A DNA stretch of 63,267 nt, the filler included, from Collodictyon triciliatum (Eukaryota): the NCBI GenBank assembly GCA_043381765.1. It is 4 parts of 4 records of this genome, joined end to end, with 100 filler letters (N's around TTAATTAATTAA, not from the genome) between each part and the next. Parts side by side here need not be neighbours in the genome. Positions count along the whole stretch, not along the records: positions 1 to 24,473 come from JBHJMP010001084.1; 3 more parts are not named here. One strand, given 5' to 3'. Made by a program: the position numbers and the translations under genes. Each line of letters starts with the position of its first letter. The stretch's first letter is position 1. Under the pieces are notes generated by a model. It saw nothing but the letters and a program-made list of their open reading frames with translations, was not told the DNA's origin and made no database searches. Of the stretch, positions 1 through 15,693 are shown in pieces.

Positions 1-2
1 CG

Positions 3-3000
3 CATGGCACACAACACGCTTCGCCGCTGTCGCTGTCGCTGCCTCCGTCCAATGCGCTCACGCCAAACCACAATCTGGTTCCGCTGGCCTCGCCTGCTCT
101 TCAGCCCACCAAGCGCGAAGTCACGGCCGTGGCCTCAAAGAAGGCCCCACCATTAGCCCGCAATGCCAAAGTATCCAGCTTTGTGCAGCCCGGGCCGAGG
201 CTCTCCTCGTCCGTGGCCTCACCGCCGGCAACCGCCCAGTCCAGTGGACGATACTTTGCTTCGCCGCCCAGAACAGCAGCAGGCCGCATCGGCAGGCCCG
301 ATTCTGGCCAGGAAAGTGACCATCGGCACACCCACGATGAGCTAGTAGATGCTGGCTCTGCAGCTCAGGGAGACCGACCCGTTTCTGTCCCAGCCCAAAA
401 CATGACCCGCCTAAGAACAGCCTCCCCTCCGCCGCCATCTCAAAAGGCGCCGGTCCGCCAATCTCCTGAACAGACCCGCCCAGAGACCGAAAAGGCATTG
501 CGGAGGCGCCCGAAATCAGCCCAGATTCGCGCTCAGGTTCAGGCTGATGAGAAGAAACCTGTGGACCCTTTCGAGTTTATAGGTACGTATCCAGCGTTCT
601 ATACGCAGGATGGAATTTTTCACCAGATCGGAGACTGAAGTATCATACTTCACTCATGGATCATCTCTTTATTTTTTTTCTCTCGCTATTACCTATATTA
701 ATGCGCCGAAACAGCTTCTGTTAGGAAAGTCAAGGATTCGGTCGACTTCGTGTATATGGTTGCCCAAGATTCTGAGACCTTGAGTATTAATCCGTACAAT
801 CTCAAAATTGTATCACATTCTGATATAAATAAATCAAATTTCTACACCGCCAGCTCTGCTGGAATTACCCACTTTGTTGATGGCACAGCTGGTGAGTAAA
901 ATTTTTATATATTCTTCCTTTCAATTTGTGCAATGTGAGCTGGTGAGAAACACAATTTTCTGTGATTTTAATTTGTTGTTTTTCTCTCCTGACGCAGTTG
1001 ATAGTATCACTACCACATCATATCTCATTAACCGTCTTTAATCAAAATGTTACCAAACAAGTTACGCTGGTTGTTAGCCCATCGCACACCATGCGTAGCT
1101 ATTGACATGTTGAATCCCATGACGAATTAACTTTCTTTTTCTTTTTCTCTTTTTCTCTCTTTTTCTCTCTTTTTCTTTTTTCTTTTTTCTTTTTCTTTTT
1201 TCTTTTCTTTTCTTTTTCTTTTTCTTTTTTGTTTTTCTTTTGTTTTTCATTCTAGATTTTACTCCTCTTGATCAATGGGAGCGGGAGTTTCTCCTTTTTA
1301 GAAAGATTCTGCAAATTCCTTTTTTCAAAAAGTTTCGTCTGTGGAGATGTTATGTTGCCTGGAAGAAATTCGTGCGGTCGAAGAAAATACAAAGCAGCCG
1401 CAAATTTTTACAGGTATCACATTCTTCCAAAGAAGCATCATGTTCTGGGTATATCTTTTCTGAATTACAGAAATATCGAATAGTTGAACCGCACACCATA
1501 AAATTTTATCGAAACATATTTGCACAGGAAAATCTATTTATATTGGATAATGAACTTCGCATTTCCCTACTCTTTGTTCGGAAGACTTGCATTCAGCTGA
1601 TGTCGCATCATCTTCATGATATTAAGAGGAAGGACCCGTGAGAATATTTTATTAATTGAAACTGGCAAGCTCCTTTTAAGTCCGCTACTCAAGAATTTCT
1701 TTTTTTTTGAAAACCATTCAATTATATCAAAAAGATACACTTTGGAGGAAATGGATGCAGGTCAGAGAGCCTTTAAGAATGTGATTTACGCAGAACTTAA
1801 CTCCAACGTTGAAACTGTAAAATAGAAATAATTATAGATAAAATCTTGTTTTCTTATATATATATGGCATTATGATTTTCTTTGAAAAAAATTGTCTTGA
1901 TCACAAATTTGATTTCGAAACGAATAGTTATTGGAAGACGCCAGGTGTGCCTGTGAACACGTTTTGGAAAGAGCTGGGTTCAACTCTGAAGGGCTCAGCC
2001 CTGAGAAGCAAGATGCATCCGTATCAAATCCATATACATCTCCTGCAAAGGGCCCTGTAGCAAATCTTATCCAAGGCTACGGCGATCCCCCTTCCAGTCC
2101 ATATGCCACTTCCAAGTCTGACCCGAATGCAAGCGCTCAGTCGGCCCCGAAGGGTGCCAATTCTAACCCACAAAACCATACTAATGGTGGTAAATTGACA
2201 TACACACAAATGGCAGCCCGACGGACAGAATCAAGGCGCTTGACAAATTGTAAAAGCTTTTTTCAGCTCATACCTTAATGATATGTTTCTTCTCATTCGC
2301 TTACTTATAAAATTAAACTGATACCATAGACGTTCGCCTCATTGACTACATTGTCATCGATGTTCTGCATAATCTCGTCGTTGAAAGTGTCCGTGACCTT
2401 CTTCGCTTTGTAACCGACCTCCCCCAGCAACTTGCCGAAGAAGACCCGGCTCAAATACCGATACGATATGCTAACGCAACTGAAGCCACAACAGCAACCA
2501 AATATCTTGGGAAAGAAGTTGACCCTCTGCACATTAATAGCAAGTGAGAAACTTTCTAAAGTCAGATTACCCGTACAATGCTAGCACACTGATAAATGTT
2601 GATTATAAGCTTTGATATCCTGAGGATTCCATCTTATAAATGTACGTTAGGTTTTCCCCGCTGTTTCGGCTCCAAGTTCTCCTGAATGATGATCTCCTTC
2701 AATTCTCTCCAAGAGAGGATGACTTTAATCGTCTCGTTGATGGAGTCATAGGTGAATTTGTCTCAACAGTGACATCAATACCCAGGCTTCTTTCAAAGGT
2801 ACTATCAATCAATTAAAAAATACCACATTAACAGGCCAAAAGCAACGCCTTTTTTTCCTTTCTTTTTTTGCGGTCAGCTGATTTACATCTAAAAAAGCAC
2901 CCTCTATTTAGGAAGAATTGAAGGTATATCTTCAATTCAATATGAATGACAGAATGGACGCTGTAGCAGGTTTCAACGGACCTAATCTTCATGAAATCAT

Positions 3001-6000
3001 TTGGAAAGACGAATACTATCATAAATTGATATCTGATATAAAGGTGCTTTTATTCCCTTATTTTTATTTTCCTTCGTTCAATTTTCTTTGTAATGATACC
3101 CTCTTTATTCCGTCCTTTATTAATATCGCGAGTATTAACCAATTCATAAAACTTAGCTTGGAGTTTCAACAGCTTTCATCCGAGCTTCAAAGTACACATA
3201 TGGTTTTGAGCCACTTAGGCAGATATATATGGAAAACAAAGCACTTGATATTCAACAAATCCAAGCTGATGCTGAGAGTGGACTTCGCAATCTGGACTCG
3301 TTTAGACAAGAACTGGATAAATATGCGAAGCAGAAAGAGAGTATACAGGAGTGAGTAATGAATTGCAACATGCTTTGAATCGTCGATGCATCATACATAA
3401 CTCAACCAATATCTTGAAAATAGACTCGTTGTTGTTCGCGACGTTGGTATTATACGAGTAGAGAGCAAAACACTGAAGGAGACTTTTGCTCCGTCACCTG
3501 AGAAGTATTCGAATATTCTCTTGTTTTCATTCCTATAGTATTTTGCTATTCATTGAAGTACCGCTCTGACGCTGCATCTAACTACAGCTGCATCCGATTG
3601 ATTCATGGCTTGCTTCCTATTCTGGCAGCGTCTAAGTGCAAAAACTTATTGGATGAAATTCACAAATTTAATGACCAACTATCTACGAAACCCCAAAATG
3701 TAAGAAGAAAAAACCTACATCCCATAACAATTTCATTCTATCTCAGAAAAAAAAAACGTGAATTGTCCAGTGGGAATCTGTTTCATATCAATATATCCTC
3801 TTAGGTCGAAACATTCGTCGAATTTCTTGGCTTCTTGAACGAAATCAGTGAAAAACAGAACGATATCAAACTGAGGTTTGATGAGGTCAAGTCACATTAT
3901 ACCATGATGGATGATTATACAGTGAAAGTTCCAGCAGAGGATAAGGCGTCGTACCAGATGCTGAGGCCTCAACTGAATAAGCTGATAACCTCGATTGCCT
4001 CCTCAGAAAGATCACGGGATGAAAGTGTGTACATCAACCAACAAATGTTGTTTGTCTTGTTAGTCACATGCCGACTCTGCTTAACCAGATGCAGCAAACA
4101 TTTCCATTGAAACGAATGCACTTTTTTTTCAAACTTAAATGAATAGAAATCAATCTAATATATTGAATTTATATAGATATTACTCATTTCAACCAAGAAT
4201 TGGACAATAAGATATCTGAGTTGAAGGGCAACATCATGGAGATTCGGCTGAAAGCCCTAGACCCTATGATATCTGAGGCTGATGCTGACCCGAATATGGT
4301 CTTGGGGTATCTGAATGGCGTTTTCGACAATTTGAACGCCGAGAACGACAAAGCTGCAAAATATACTGAGTATCAAAAGGCTCTTCAAGTAAACACCACA
4401 CAATTGCTTGTGCTTAAATTCCTGAACGATATTTGTCTTTTTTTTTAAAAAAAATAAAATTGACTCCCTTATCGAAATTTGCAAATCTCTTGCAATCTAC
4501 AATTATTTAGGTGGCTGTTTCACAGTATGAAGAACTTGTAGAAACTACTAAGGACCTCCAATTAAAGAAAAAGTTATGGCAAGCTATTTTTGAATGGCAA
4601 GCGAAGAGGGAAGAATGGGGAACTACTCCTTTTGATGCTATTGACCCAGAGGAGATGAGCACCCAGGTTCATCAGTATGCCACAATAGCTTTCCAAGCAG
4701 AAAGGGAAATGCCTGACAACCCTGTCGGCCCGAAGTTTAGACGAACGGTTTGTTGACTAATTTTCCTAGGAATTATAACACCATCTCTTGGTCAACCATC
4801 GTGGTCATTACCTTTTTTTTCTTTTTTTATGGATCAACTTTTTTTTTCAAAAAAAAAATATATCATCTAATCCTAATGGTTCTTTTTCTATTTAATAGAT
4901 TGACGAGTTCAAAGGCACTCTTCCCGTTATCGTCAACTTGAGAAACCCATCCCTGAAAGAGCGCCATTATATCAGGATTGAAGACGCTCTACAAAAGAAA
5001 ATATTCAAAACAAATATTACCGTGGGCCAGCTGATTGATATGAAAGTGAATGACCACAAGGAACTGATTGAAACTGTTTCCAATGAGGCTACAAACGAAG
5101 CAGTTCTCGAAGAAAGCTTGGCAAAAGTATGTATATTTCACCCTCCTCACATACTAGGATATAAATTGAATTAAAAATTACTTTCTGAATAGGCACCAGT
5201 CAGAGTTTAAAATTTTTATCTTTTACTTTTGGTTTTCCGAAACAGATTATTAACCTCTGGGACCATACCGAATTCACGTTGCTTCCTTATAAAGACTACA
5301 AAGATGTGTACATTCTTGGTGGTGTAGATGAAATCATTCAGCAAGCCGAAGAGAGCCAAGTGCAAGTGTCAACCATCATGGGCTCACGCTTCGTTGGTGC
5401 TATTCGAAAGGTTGTGAAGCGTACATACTGATTACAAACTGTGAAAGTTTCCAATATGTCCCTGTTAATAAATAAATAATATTCTATTGATTTATAACTT
5501 GTTGTCTATAGGAGGTTGAGAAAATGGAGACCAGTCTAGACTTATTCAGTGATACTCTTGAAGAATGGCTTAACTGCCAAAGAAGCTGGATGTACCTCGA
5601 AAGTATCTTTTCAGCCCCTGACATCCAAAGGCAACTTCCTAACGAGAGCAAGATGTTTTCTGGAGTTGACCGGTCATGGAAGGATATTATGAAGAAGACG
5701 AGCGAATATTCAAATGCACTGCGGGTTAGACTATTAAACCTAATCATAAAATCATACTATGAATTGAGTTTGTTGTGAAAGAAAGCCCCTTCAATTAAAT
5801 CCGTATCATCAATCTAGTCCGGGACTCTCCCTGGCTTATTGGAAACATTTCAAAAGAACAACGAAATATTGGAACGCGTTCAAAAGAATTTAGAGGAATA
5901 TCTCGAAACGAAAAGAATGGCATTTCCAAGGTTCTATTTCTTGTCCAACGACGAACTCTTGGAAATTTTGGCTCAAACAAAAAATCCGCATGCTGTGCAG

Positions 6001-9000
6001 CCACACTTGAGGAAGTGCTTTGATAGCATCCAATCGCTGGACTTTGGGCCAGACCCTAAAAGCGTAGACATTTTTGCCATGGTTTCGGCAGAAGGTGAAA
6101 GAGTACCCCTTGGACGGAACTTGAAGGCTCGAGGAAATGTAGAAGCCTGGCTTGGAATTGTAGAGGCTGAAATGGTCAAAAGTCTCAAAAAATGCATGAA
6201 AACATCATTCATCGATTATGAACGAACACCTTACAATCAATGGGTTTTAGCCCACCCTGCACAAGTCATCCTGGCCATCGCCCAGGTATATTGGGGACGT
6301 GATGTCGAAATCTCTCTTCAAAATGACTCACCTTTAATATCACTTCGTGACTTCAAACTCAAGTGCATCGACCAGCTCTCTCAATTGGCTGCGCTTGTTC
6401 GAACAGACCTATCCAGTTTACAAAGGAGCTCTATTGTAGCCTTGATAACCATATCTGTGCATGCGCGTGATATCATTGATAAGCTTATCAACGAAGAATG
6501 CAAGGATGTGAATGACTTTTCTTGGCTGCAGCAACTACGATACATATGGGATGTGGAGCAGGATGACCTTTTTGTGAAACAGTCGAATGCCACATTGCTA
6601 TACTGTTATGAATATCTTGGAGCTACACCTCGCTTGGTCATCACACCACTTACTGACCGCTGCTACATGACGCTTACTGGTGCAATTCATCTGAATCTCG
6701 GCGGGGCACCTGCTGGACCCGCAGGAACAGGAAAGACAGAAACTGTGAAAGACCTTGCAAAGGCGCTGGCTCGGCAATGCGTTGTCTTCAATTGTGGTGA
6801 AGGCCTTGATTACAAGTTTATGGGCAAGTTCTTTTCTGGTCTGGCACAATCGGGTGCATGGGCTTGCTTCGACGAATTCAACCGCATAGATATTGAAGTG
6901 CTCTCTGTAATTGCCCAACAACTGATGACTATTCAGACGGCACTGAAGAGCAAGGTATCCAAATTTGTATTTGAAGAGCGTGAAATGAAAATCACTCGCA
7001 CGTGCGGCGTGTTCATTACTATGAATCCAGGATACGCTGGTCGCACAGAACTCCCTGACAATCTCAAAGCTCTCTTCCGACCTGTCTCCATGATGATTCC
7101 TGATTATGCTCTGATTGCAGAAATCATGCTATTCTCTGAAGGCTTTGAAAACTCAAGGTCATTATCACAGAAGATGGTGAAGTTATACATGCTGTGCAGC
7201 CAACAACTGTCGCAGCAAGACCACTATGATTTCGGCATGCGAGCAGTCAAGGCTGTGCTTGTGATGGCGGGAGGTCTGAAGAGATCAAACCCAGAGTTGC
7301 ATGAAGATATCGTCCTTATTCGAGCCATGCGAGACAGTAACATTCCAAAGTTTCTGGCTGACGATATTAACTTGTTCCAGGCTATTGTTTCAGATCTATT
7401 CCCCGGAGTTCATCTGCCTGATCATGATTATGGAGAACTTCATGTCGCTATCCACGATAATATTACTGACCAAGGACTCCAACCCGTAGAAGGCTACATC
7501 ACAAAAGTCATCCAACTGCATGAAACTATGAATGTACGATTTGGGGTCATGCTTGTAGGTCCCACTGGTGGAGGAAAGACCACCTGCTATCGTGTCTTGA
7601 AAAACGCATACACGAACCTCCGAACAAACGGCTCATCCAACCCGAAATACCAACCAGTAAAGACACATATAATGAATCCAAAATGTATTAATATGGGAGA
7701 ACTCTACGGAGAATACAACCTCAATACTCATGAATGGACGGATGGGCTTGCAGCCACCATTGTCAGACAGTGTGTCAGCGATACAAGCATGAACTATAAA
7801 TGGGTTGTCTTTGACGGTCCTGTGGATGCTTTATGGATAGAGAACATGAATACGGTCCTCGATGACAACAAGACTCTATGTTTGGCAAATGGAGAACGAA
7901 TTAAGCTCAATGACACAATGAGGATGGTTTTTGAAGTTGAAGACTTGGCTGCTGCATCCCCTGCTACTGTATCCCGGTGCGGTATGGTGTATATGCCCCC
8001 AGAAGTTCTGGGATGGAGGCCGTATGTAATCACATGGATAAATCGTGTTTTGCCACAGAATCTCTCCAAAGGATTGAAGAATAGATTAGTTGATATGTTT
8101 GACAACTACGTTCCCGCTGGATTGCAGTTTATTCGCCGAGAATGCAAAGAGGAAGTTCCGTCAAATGACCTAAATTTGGTTGTCAGTCTATGCTCTTTGT
8201 TTCAGTCATTGTTCATGCATGACCCTGGTGTTGACCTCACTGCAACGGATGAAGTTATTGGGGATATTATGGATAGCCTCTTTTTTTTCTCATTTGTTTG
8301 GTCGATTGGAGGAAATATTGTTGCAGACTCTAGATCCGTTTTTGATACATTCATCAGAGAGAAAATCAATATCGGGGTAGTTCCAGTACAAGGGACAGTC
8401 TATGATTATTATGTTGATCCAAAGACTGGGTCATTTTATCCATGGAAAGACATAATCCCAACATTTGTTTACAACCCAGAAACACCCTTCTTTAACATGA
8501 TTGTGCCCACGTCAGATTCTGTTTGCTTTTCGTTCCTTCTGGAAAAACTTATCCGTGTAGAAAAATCCGTCTTATTTGTCGGAACAACTGGGGTTGGTAA
8601 GTCTGCTATTGTCTCTGATTGTTTGAGAAGACTGGGTGAGAAAGACGTTATTACAATCGATTTACAGTTTTCTGCCCAGACAACCAGCTCGAATACTCAG
8701 TACTTGATCGAAAATAAACTAGAGAAGAAGAGAAAGAACACATTTGGAGCTCCTGTTGGAAAGAAGATTGTCGTATTTGTGGACGATGTTAATATGCCAG
8801 CAAGAGAAATATATGGTGCACAGCCACCTATCGAACTATTGAGACAGTTTCAAGACTTTCGAGGTTTCTATGACCGAAAGAAGCTACACTGGAAGGATAT
8901 TAAGGATCTAACTATTGTATCGGCATGTGCCCCTCCGGGAGGTGGTCGTAATGTCGTCACGGCAAGATTTTTCAGACACTTCAATATGTTGAATGTACCA

Positions 9001-12000
9001 GCGCCGAGTGAGGATGTAATGAAGCTCATTTACTACTCTATCTTTGATGGGTATTTGTCTGTGTTTACCGAGACTGTGAAAATATTGGCAAAGTCGATAG
9101 TAGAAATCAGTGTTGAGGTTTACCTGAGGATAGCCCGAGATTTGCTCCCAACCCCAGCTAAATCCCATTATACCTTCAACTTGAGAGATATGGCCAAAGT
9201 TTTCCAAGGAATGATGATGGTTGATAGAGGGAGTATTTCAGACAAAAAGGAAATCCTCCGACTATGGTGCCATGAAAATATGAGGGTATTCCACGATCGG
9301 TTGATTGATTCCCAGGATAAGCTCTACTTCACGACTATGCTGGTCGAGTTAATCAACAAAAAGTTTGCGATGAATTGGGACCATGATGAGGTGTTTGTAA
9401 AGAACTCCATCTTTTTCGGAGACTATTTGAAAGGACTTGCTGCCTACGTTCCTAATCGAGGTTATGAAGAAATGCCAGATCTTGTGAAGCACACCAAAAT
9501 TTTAGAAAATTATTTGGAAGAGTATAATATGACAGCCATCACTGAAATGAGGCTTGTTTTTTTCAAGGATGCTGTGGAGCACCTCTCCAGGGTATCGAGG
9601 ATTATTCGACAACCAAGAGGTAATGCCATGCTGGTTGGTGTGGGTGGCAGTGGCAGACAAAGCCTTACCCGGCTGGCTTGTTTTATGGCTGATTACAAAT
9701 GCTTCCAACTAGAAATTAAGAAGGGCTACGGGCACTTTGACTTTCGAGAGGATTTGAAAAAACTGTGCAATATTGCCGGTGTCTCTGGAAAGCCTGTTGT
9801 GTTTTTGTTATCAGACACTCAGATAACAAATGAATCATTTTTGGAGGATGTGAACAACATCCTGAACACTGGAGAGGTCCCCAATTTATTCGCCTCAGAT
9901 GAAAAGGAAAAAGTCATTAGTGATGTCCGCCCTTTTGTGCGAACTCTAGGATTACCCGAAACACGTGAATTTATTTACTCTTATTTCATTCAAAGGGTCC
10001 GGGAGAACCTTCATATTGTACTGTGCATGAGCCCTGTTGGAGATCAATTCCGCAATCGCTGCCGCCAGTTCCCATCTCTAATCAATTGCAGTACCATTGA
10101 TTGGTTTGGTGCGTGGCCGGCTGAGGCCTTGTTGTCTGTATCAAGGAAATTTTTGGAGTCTGTTGACTTACAAACTCTGGAAATTAAGAATTCGGTGATT
10201 GAGATGTGTGTTGAGATGCATCAAGACGTGAAGAAAATGGCAGACCAGTTCTATTCCGAGGTTCGAAGAAGATTCTATATTACCCCAAAGAGCTACTTGG
10301 AAGCTATCAATATGTTTGTGTCGATGTTAGAGGAGAAAAAACAAGAGCTTCACACAAATCGTCATCGTTACATAATCGGTCTAAGCAAATTGCGAGAGAC
10401 AAATGAAATGGTTGTTTTGATGGAAAAAGATTTGAGCGAGCTACAGCCTGTGTTGAAGCAAAAGGCTATTGATACAGAAACGCTCATGCAACAAGTTATG
10501 AAAGACCAAGAAAAGGCTGACCAAGTCAAGCATGTCGTTCAATCCGAAGAAGTGATTGTCAAGAAGAATGCCGAGGAGACTCAAGAAATGGCTGCAGATG
10601 CCAAGAGAGACCTTGATGAGGCTTTACCAGCTCTTGAAGCAGCCATCGAAGCCTTGAATGCATTGAACAAAAATGATATCACTGAAATTAAATCATTTGC
10701 TAAGCCACCCCCGCTTGTTTTGCTAGTCATGGAGGCCGTTTGTATTTTGCTACAGGCAAAACCGGATTGGGAAACGTCAAAAAAAGTTCTTGGAGACACC
10801 CAATTTCAAAATCGGCTGGTAAAGTATGACAAAGATAATATTCCTGAGGCGGTGCTGAAAAAGCTAAAGAGATACATCGATGACCCATCGTTTCAGCCTG
10901 CTATTGTTGCAAAACAATCCTCGGCCGCTCGTTCCTTGTGCATGTGGGTCCGAGCGATGGATACTTACTCAAAAGTCGCAAAGACAGTAGCCCCAAAGAG
11001 AGAGCGCTTGGCCATCGCAGAGGCCCAACTCAAAGAAGCGGAAGATAAGCTACGTGACAAGCAAGAAAAATTGAGGTCTATTGAAGCTGAACTGGCACTA
11101 CTCCGAAACAAATACGAGAAAAGTGTAAATGAAAAAGTCACCCTTCAGCAAAAAAGTGAAGAAACAGCAAAACGCTTGCAACGCGCCTCCAAATTAACGT
11201 CTGCCCTTGAAAGTGAATCTGTGCGCTGGAAAGAGACTGAAGCGATACTCGCAGCTAAGCAGGAATTGTTGATTGGGTCTATTTTCCTATCTTCCGCTTA
11301 CATCGCATATTGTGGGCCTTTCACTGGTCCGTATCGTGCAAAGCTAGTGGCTGGCTGGATTCAGAAATTCAAACTGAAGAGTATCCCAATTAGCGAATCA
11401 TTTACAGTTCAAGACACGCTAACGAATCCCGTGAAAATCCGTGAGTGGTCGATGTGGGGTCTTCCAACTGACCCTGTTTCAATAGACAATGCCATCTTTG
11501 TCACAAGCGGAAAGAGATGGCCGCTCATGATTGACCCACAAGGGCAAGCCAACCGTTGGATAAAAAAGAGCGAGCAATCACGGAGTTTGAAGGTTCTGAA
11601 AATCACAGACCATAACCTCGTCCGCACTGTAGAGGCATGTATCCGACTGGGAACCCCTCTTTTGATTGAGGATATTGGAGAGGAAATTGACCCAATCTTG
11701 AATCCAGTCTTAGAAAAGCAAATCACTAAACAATCTGGTCGTTACCTGATTCGAGTTGGAGATAATGATATTGATTATGACCCCAATTTTAAACTGTATT
11801 TGACAACAAAGCTGCCGAATCCGCATTATTTGCCTGAAATATGTATCAAGGTCACAATTATCAACTTTACCGTTACGTTGGAGGGACTCAATGACCAGGT
11901 TTCTATTGCTTTTGTTTTCTTTTCCTTCATTTGACTTGATTTGATTATTATTGCTCATTTTTAGGTCCGATGAATTCAAAAGACATTACACTATTATGTG

Positions 12001-15000
12001 AGCTTTTTTGTATAAAAAAAAAAACTAAAATCAGCTTTATTCGATAGCTTCTCGTCGATGTAGTTGGGATAGAGAGACCTGAGTTGGAAGAAAAGAGAGA
12101 AAAACTTGTAGTTAGTCTTGCTAACGACAAGAAGCAGCTTTCGGATTTAGAAGCCCGCATTCTGCAATTACTTTGGGAATCAAAGGGAAACATACTTGAT
12201 GATGAAGTTTTGATTAACACTTTGAATGAATCCAAATCAACATCGACTGTCATTCATGAACGTGTGACTGAGGCAGAAGAAACACAAAAGAATATTACTC
12301 TTGCACGCGCTGCTTATATTCCTGTGGCAGTGCGTGGGAGTCTATTGTATTCTGTCATAGCAGACATCGGTCTGATTGACCCTATGTACCAATTTTCCTT
12401 GGAATATTTCAAGAGATTATTCAACAACTGCATTCGGAATACACCCCAGTCACCGAATATAGACAACCATATTCAAGACCTGATGACAAATGCAACCGAG
12501 CAAATCTTCTTGAATGTTTCACGCGGTTTATTTGTAGAGCACAAGATGATATTCTCTTTCCTACTCTCTATTTCATTTTTGAGAAATTCGAAGCAAATAT
12601 CTGATGCAGAATGGTCGATGTTTCTCCGTGACCCAAGTGACTTGCCTTCGACAAATATAACAAACCCGGCTCCCAATTGGATAACGCCGCTGATGTGGAA
12701 CCGCTGTTTGTGGTTGGATTCAAAAATACCAGCATTTAGTGGTTTGTGTCAGAGTGTCACATCTGGTGCGAAGGATTGGCAAGGATTCTACAATGCCCCT
12801 GAAACACACACAGCTCAATTGCCCGGAAAGTGGGAATCATCTCTGACAGAGTTCCAACGGATGCTGGTTATTAAAGCATTCAGAGAAGAGAAACTAGTGT
12901 TTGCTGTTGCTCAATACATTCTCAAAACACTTGGAAAGCAATTCACAGAGGCTCGTCCATACAGCTTGGACTCTGTGTTTTCGTCCTCAGCAAAGGACAC
13001 CCCGATAATCTTTATTCTGTCTACTGGTGCAGACCCGACGTCATCCATATTTCGATTTGCAGAGGAACGTGGCTATTCTTCCAGGACACAATCCATCTCA
13101 TTGGGGCAAGGGCAAGGCCCCATCGCCGCTCGCATGATTCAAGATGCCTGTGCAAATGGAAATTGGGTTGTGTTGCAAAACTGTCATCTCGCTGCATCCT
13201 GGATGCCGTCCATGGAAAGAATCGTCGAGGAATTTTCAGGCTCTAGGGCAAACCAAATCAATGAGTCATTCAGGCTATGGCTCACTTCAATGCCGACAAA
13301 GGCTTTTCCGGTCTCGGTGCTTCAAAATGGAATCAAACTCACGAATGAGCCCCCAAAAGGATTGAAGGCCAACTTGCTGCGCTCATACGCATCCATGACC
13401 GACACAGAATTCGAAGGATGCCAAAAGCCTGTTCCTTGGAAGAAACTTTTGTATGGCCTGACCTTCTTCCATGCAGTTATTCAAGAACGACGCCGATTCG
13501 GGCCCTTGGGTTGGAATATTCGGGTAATTATCTATACACATATATTGAAATGGTGTATTAAGTGTGGTTTTGGTAGTGTTTCAAACATATGATGCAGCCA
13601 ATTGTTCTAACAAAACGCTCTATCCACCAAGTACGAGTTCAACGACAGTGATTTGGAGGTCTCGAGGGCTGTACTAAAAATGTTTCTGGAAGAGCAAGTT
13701 GATGTACCATGGAAGGCTTTGCGATATGTTACAGGAGAAATTAACTATGGTGGGCGAGTAACAGATGATTGGGACCGTCGCTGCCTGATGTCTATTCTGA
13801 ATCATTATTATATCGATGATATTTTGAGGGAGCGTTACAACATATCAGCCTCTGGGACTTACCATACTCCTCCCATTGGTAAAATTGAGGTATTAAAGAA
13901 AAACACATGAAAATATGAAAATTTGCTATTGCAAAACAATTCAAGTTATCTGTAGACTTTTTTTTTTGTAAAATCATCCTCAATTTATATAATGGGGACT
14001 CGTTGTGTAGGATTATAAAACATTTATCGATCGCCTGCCATTCACCGAAGACCCTGAAGTCTTTGGGTTGCATGAAAATGCAAACATCGCTTATCAACTT
14101 CAAGAAACCCGCAAGATTACTGGTATTGTAAATGAGCTACAGCCGAGGTCGATGGCCTCTTCAGATGGAATGACAAGCGAACAATATGTGGATAAATTGG
14201 TATGGGTGATTTATATATCATTGACGCTCAAATAAACAACACATCTATCTTGATTTTATATTTGCACTCAGATTGATGTTAAAAAAATTCATTGCCTTAA
14301 ATCACATCCTTTTTCTTTTTCTTTTAATTTAAAAAAGGCGAATGATATCCTTGAGAGTCTGCCGATGCCACTTTCACTGTCAGATGTCTCTGTGGATTTG
14401 ATCAGAAAGAACGCTGAGGGTCAATACAATTCGCTCACAACAGTTGTCCTTCAAGAATCGGCTCGATTCAACAAACTTTTGAATGTGATGAGGCGTAGTT
14501 TGATTGATATTCAAAAAGCAATCAAGGGGCTTGTTGTCATGAGTTCAGAGCTGGAGGCGATGTTTAACAGCCTCTTTGGAAACAAAGTGCCAGAAATATG
14601 GGGAAAGGTTCGTTTTTCGTTTTTCGTGTTTCTCTTTCTTTTTCTTTTTCTTTTTCTTTTTCTTTTTCTTTTTCTTTTCTCTTTTTTCTTCTTCTCATTT
14701 TCTCTTTCTTTTGTTCTCTCGCAATTAAGCTACAAATTGTTGAGCTGGTATGAATTATTTAATTTCATCTTAATTACATCATTATCGTTCACAAACCAGG
14801 CTGCGTATTTATCGCTAAAACCGCTTGCCTCGTGGATGACTGACTTGAAGGCTCGTGTGGAATTTGTTCGTCGGTGGTTAAGTGAAGGCCACCCAAAGTG
14901 CTTCTGGCCGTCTGGACTATTCTTCCCTCAAGGTTTTCAACCTGACCCTGCTTTACCTCAAAATTGTAATATAAATGCATTAAAAGGAATCCAGCAATAT

Positions 15001-15693
15001 GCGAATATTCTCATTGAATTTTTTTTTTCATTCAGGTTTCTTGACTGGCGTTTTGCAAAATCATGCGCGAAAGTATAAAGTAGCCATCGACACAATATCA
15101 TTCGCATATACAGTCCTTGATGTTGAGGAACCGGACATGATTGATCGCCGACCAGAAGACGGCGTTTACGTTTATGGCCTGTTCATCGAGGGAGCAAGGT
15201 TTGTATCCATATTTCCGCCCTGAAGTCAGAGTGTTAAATAAAAAAAAGCCGCCCATGAATATTTTTTTGTGATATTAACGAGACGAGAACGACTACATAG
15301 ATGGGATAAGAAAAAGAAAATGCTTACAGATGAACTTCCGATGGAAATGCAGTCCCGGCTGCCCATCATTCATTTCCAGCCAAAAGAACATCATGTCAGA
15401 AATAATGCTGACTATCAGTGCCCGCTTTACAAGACGTCTACACGAGCTGGAGTATTGTCAACCACAGGTTCTTTTCTACAAGATAAACCCTTTAATAATT
15501 GGATTTTTGCCACCCCGGCTTTAATTTCAATAGAAATAACAATAATTATAATAATGTGGACGCATCGTACTTATTTGTAAATCCCGTAGGACAATCAACA
15601 AACTTTGTGGTGGGCGTAGACTTGCCCACGAACCGAAATCCCGATGATTGGGTTCTGCGAGGAACTGCGCTTCTAACCCAACTCAACGACTGA
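3..15693 (+). CDS. DNAH6: Axonemal inner-arm dynein heavy chain, DNAH6-like (5'-partial, ~26 GT-AG introns)
   Basis: Spliced frame is open from the window start to TGA 15691-15693. Motifs: AAA1 [10 protein letters not shown] and [22 protein letters not shown]-loops [25 protein letters not shown]; stalk/MTBD; C-terminal [39 protein letters not shown] and [10 protein letters not shown] match the DNAH6 group as I recall it; subfamily needs a phylogeny. Confidence 0.93.
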
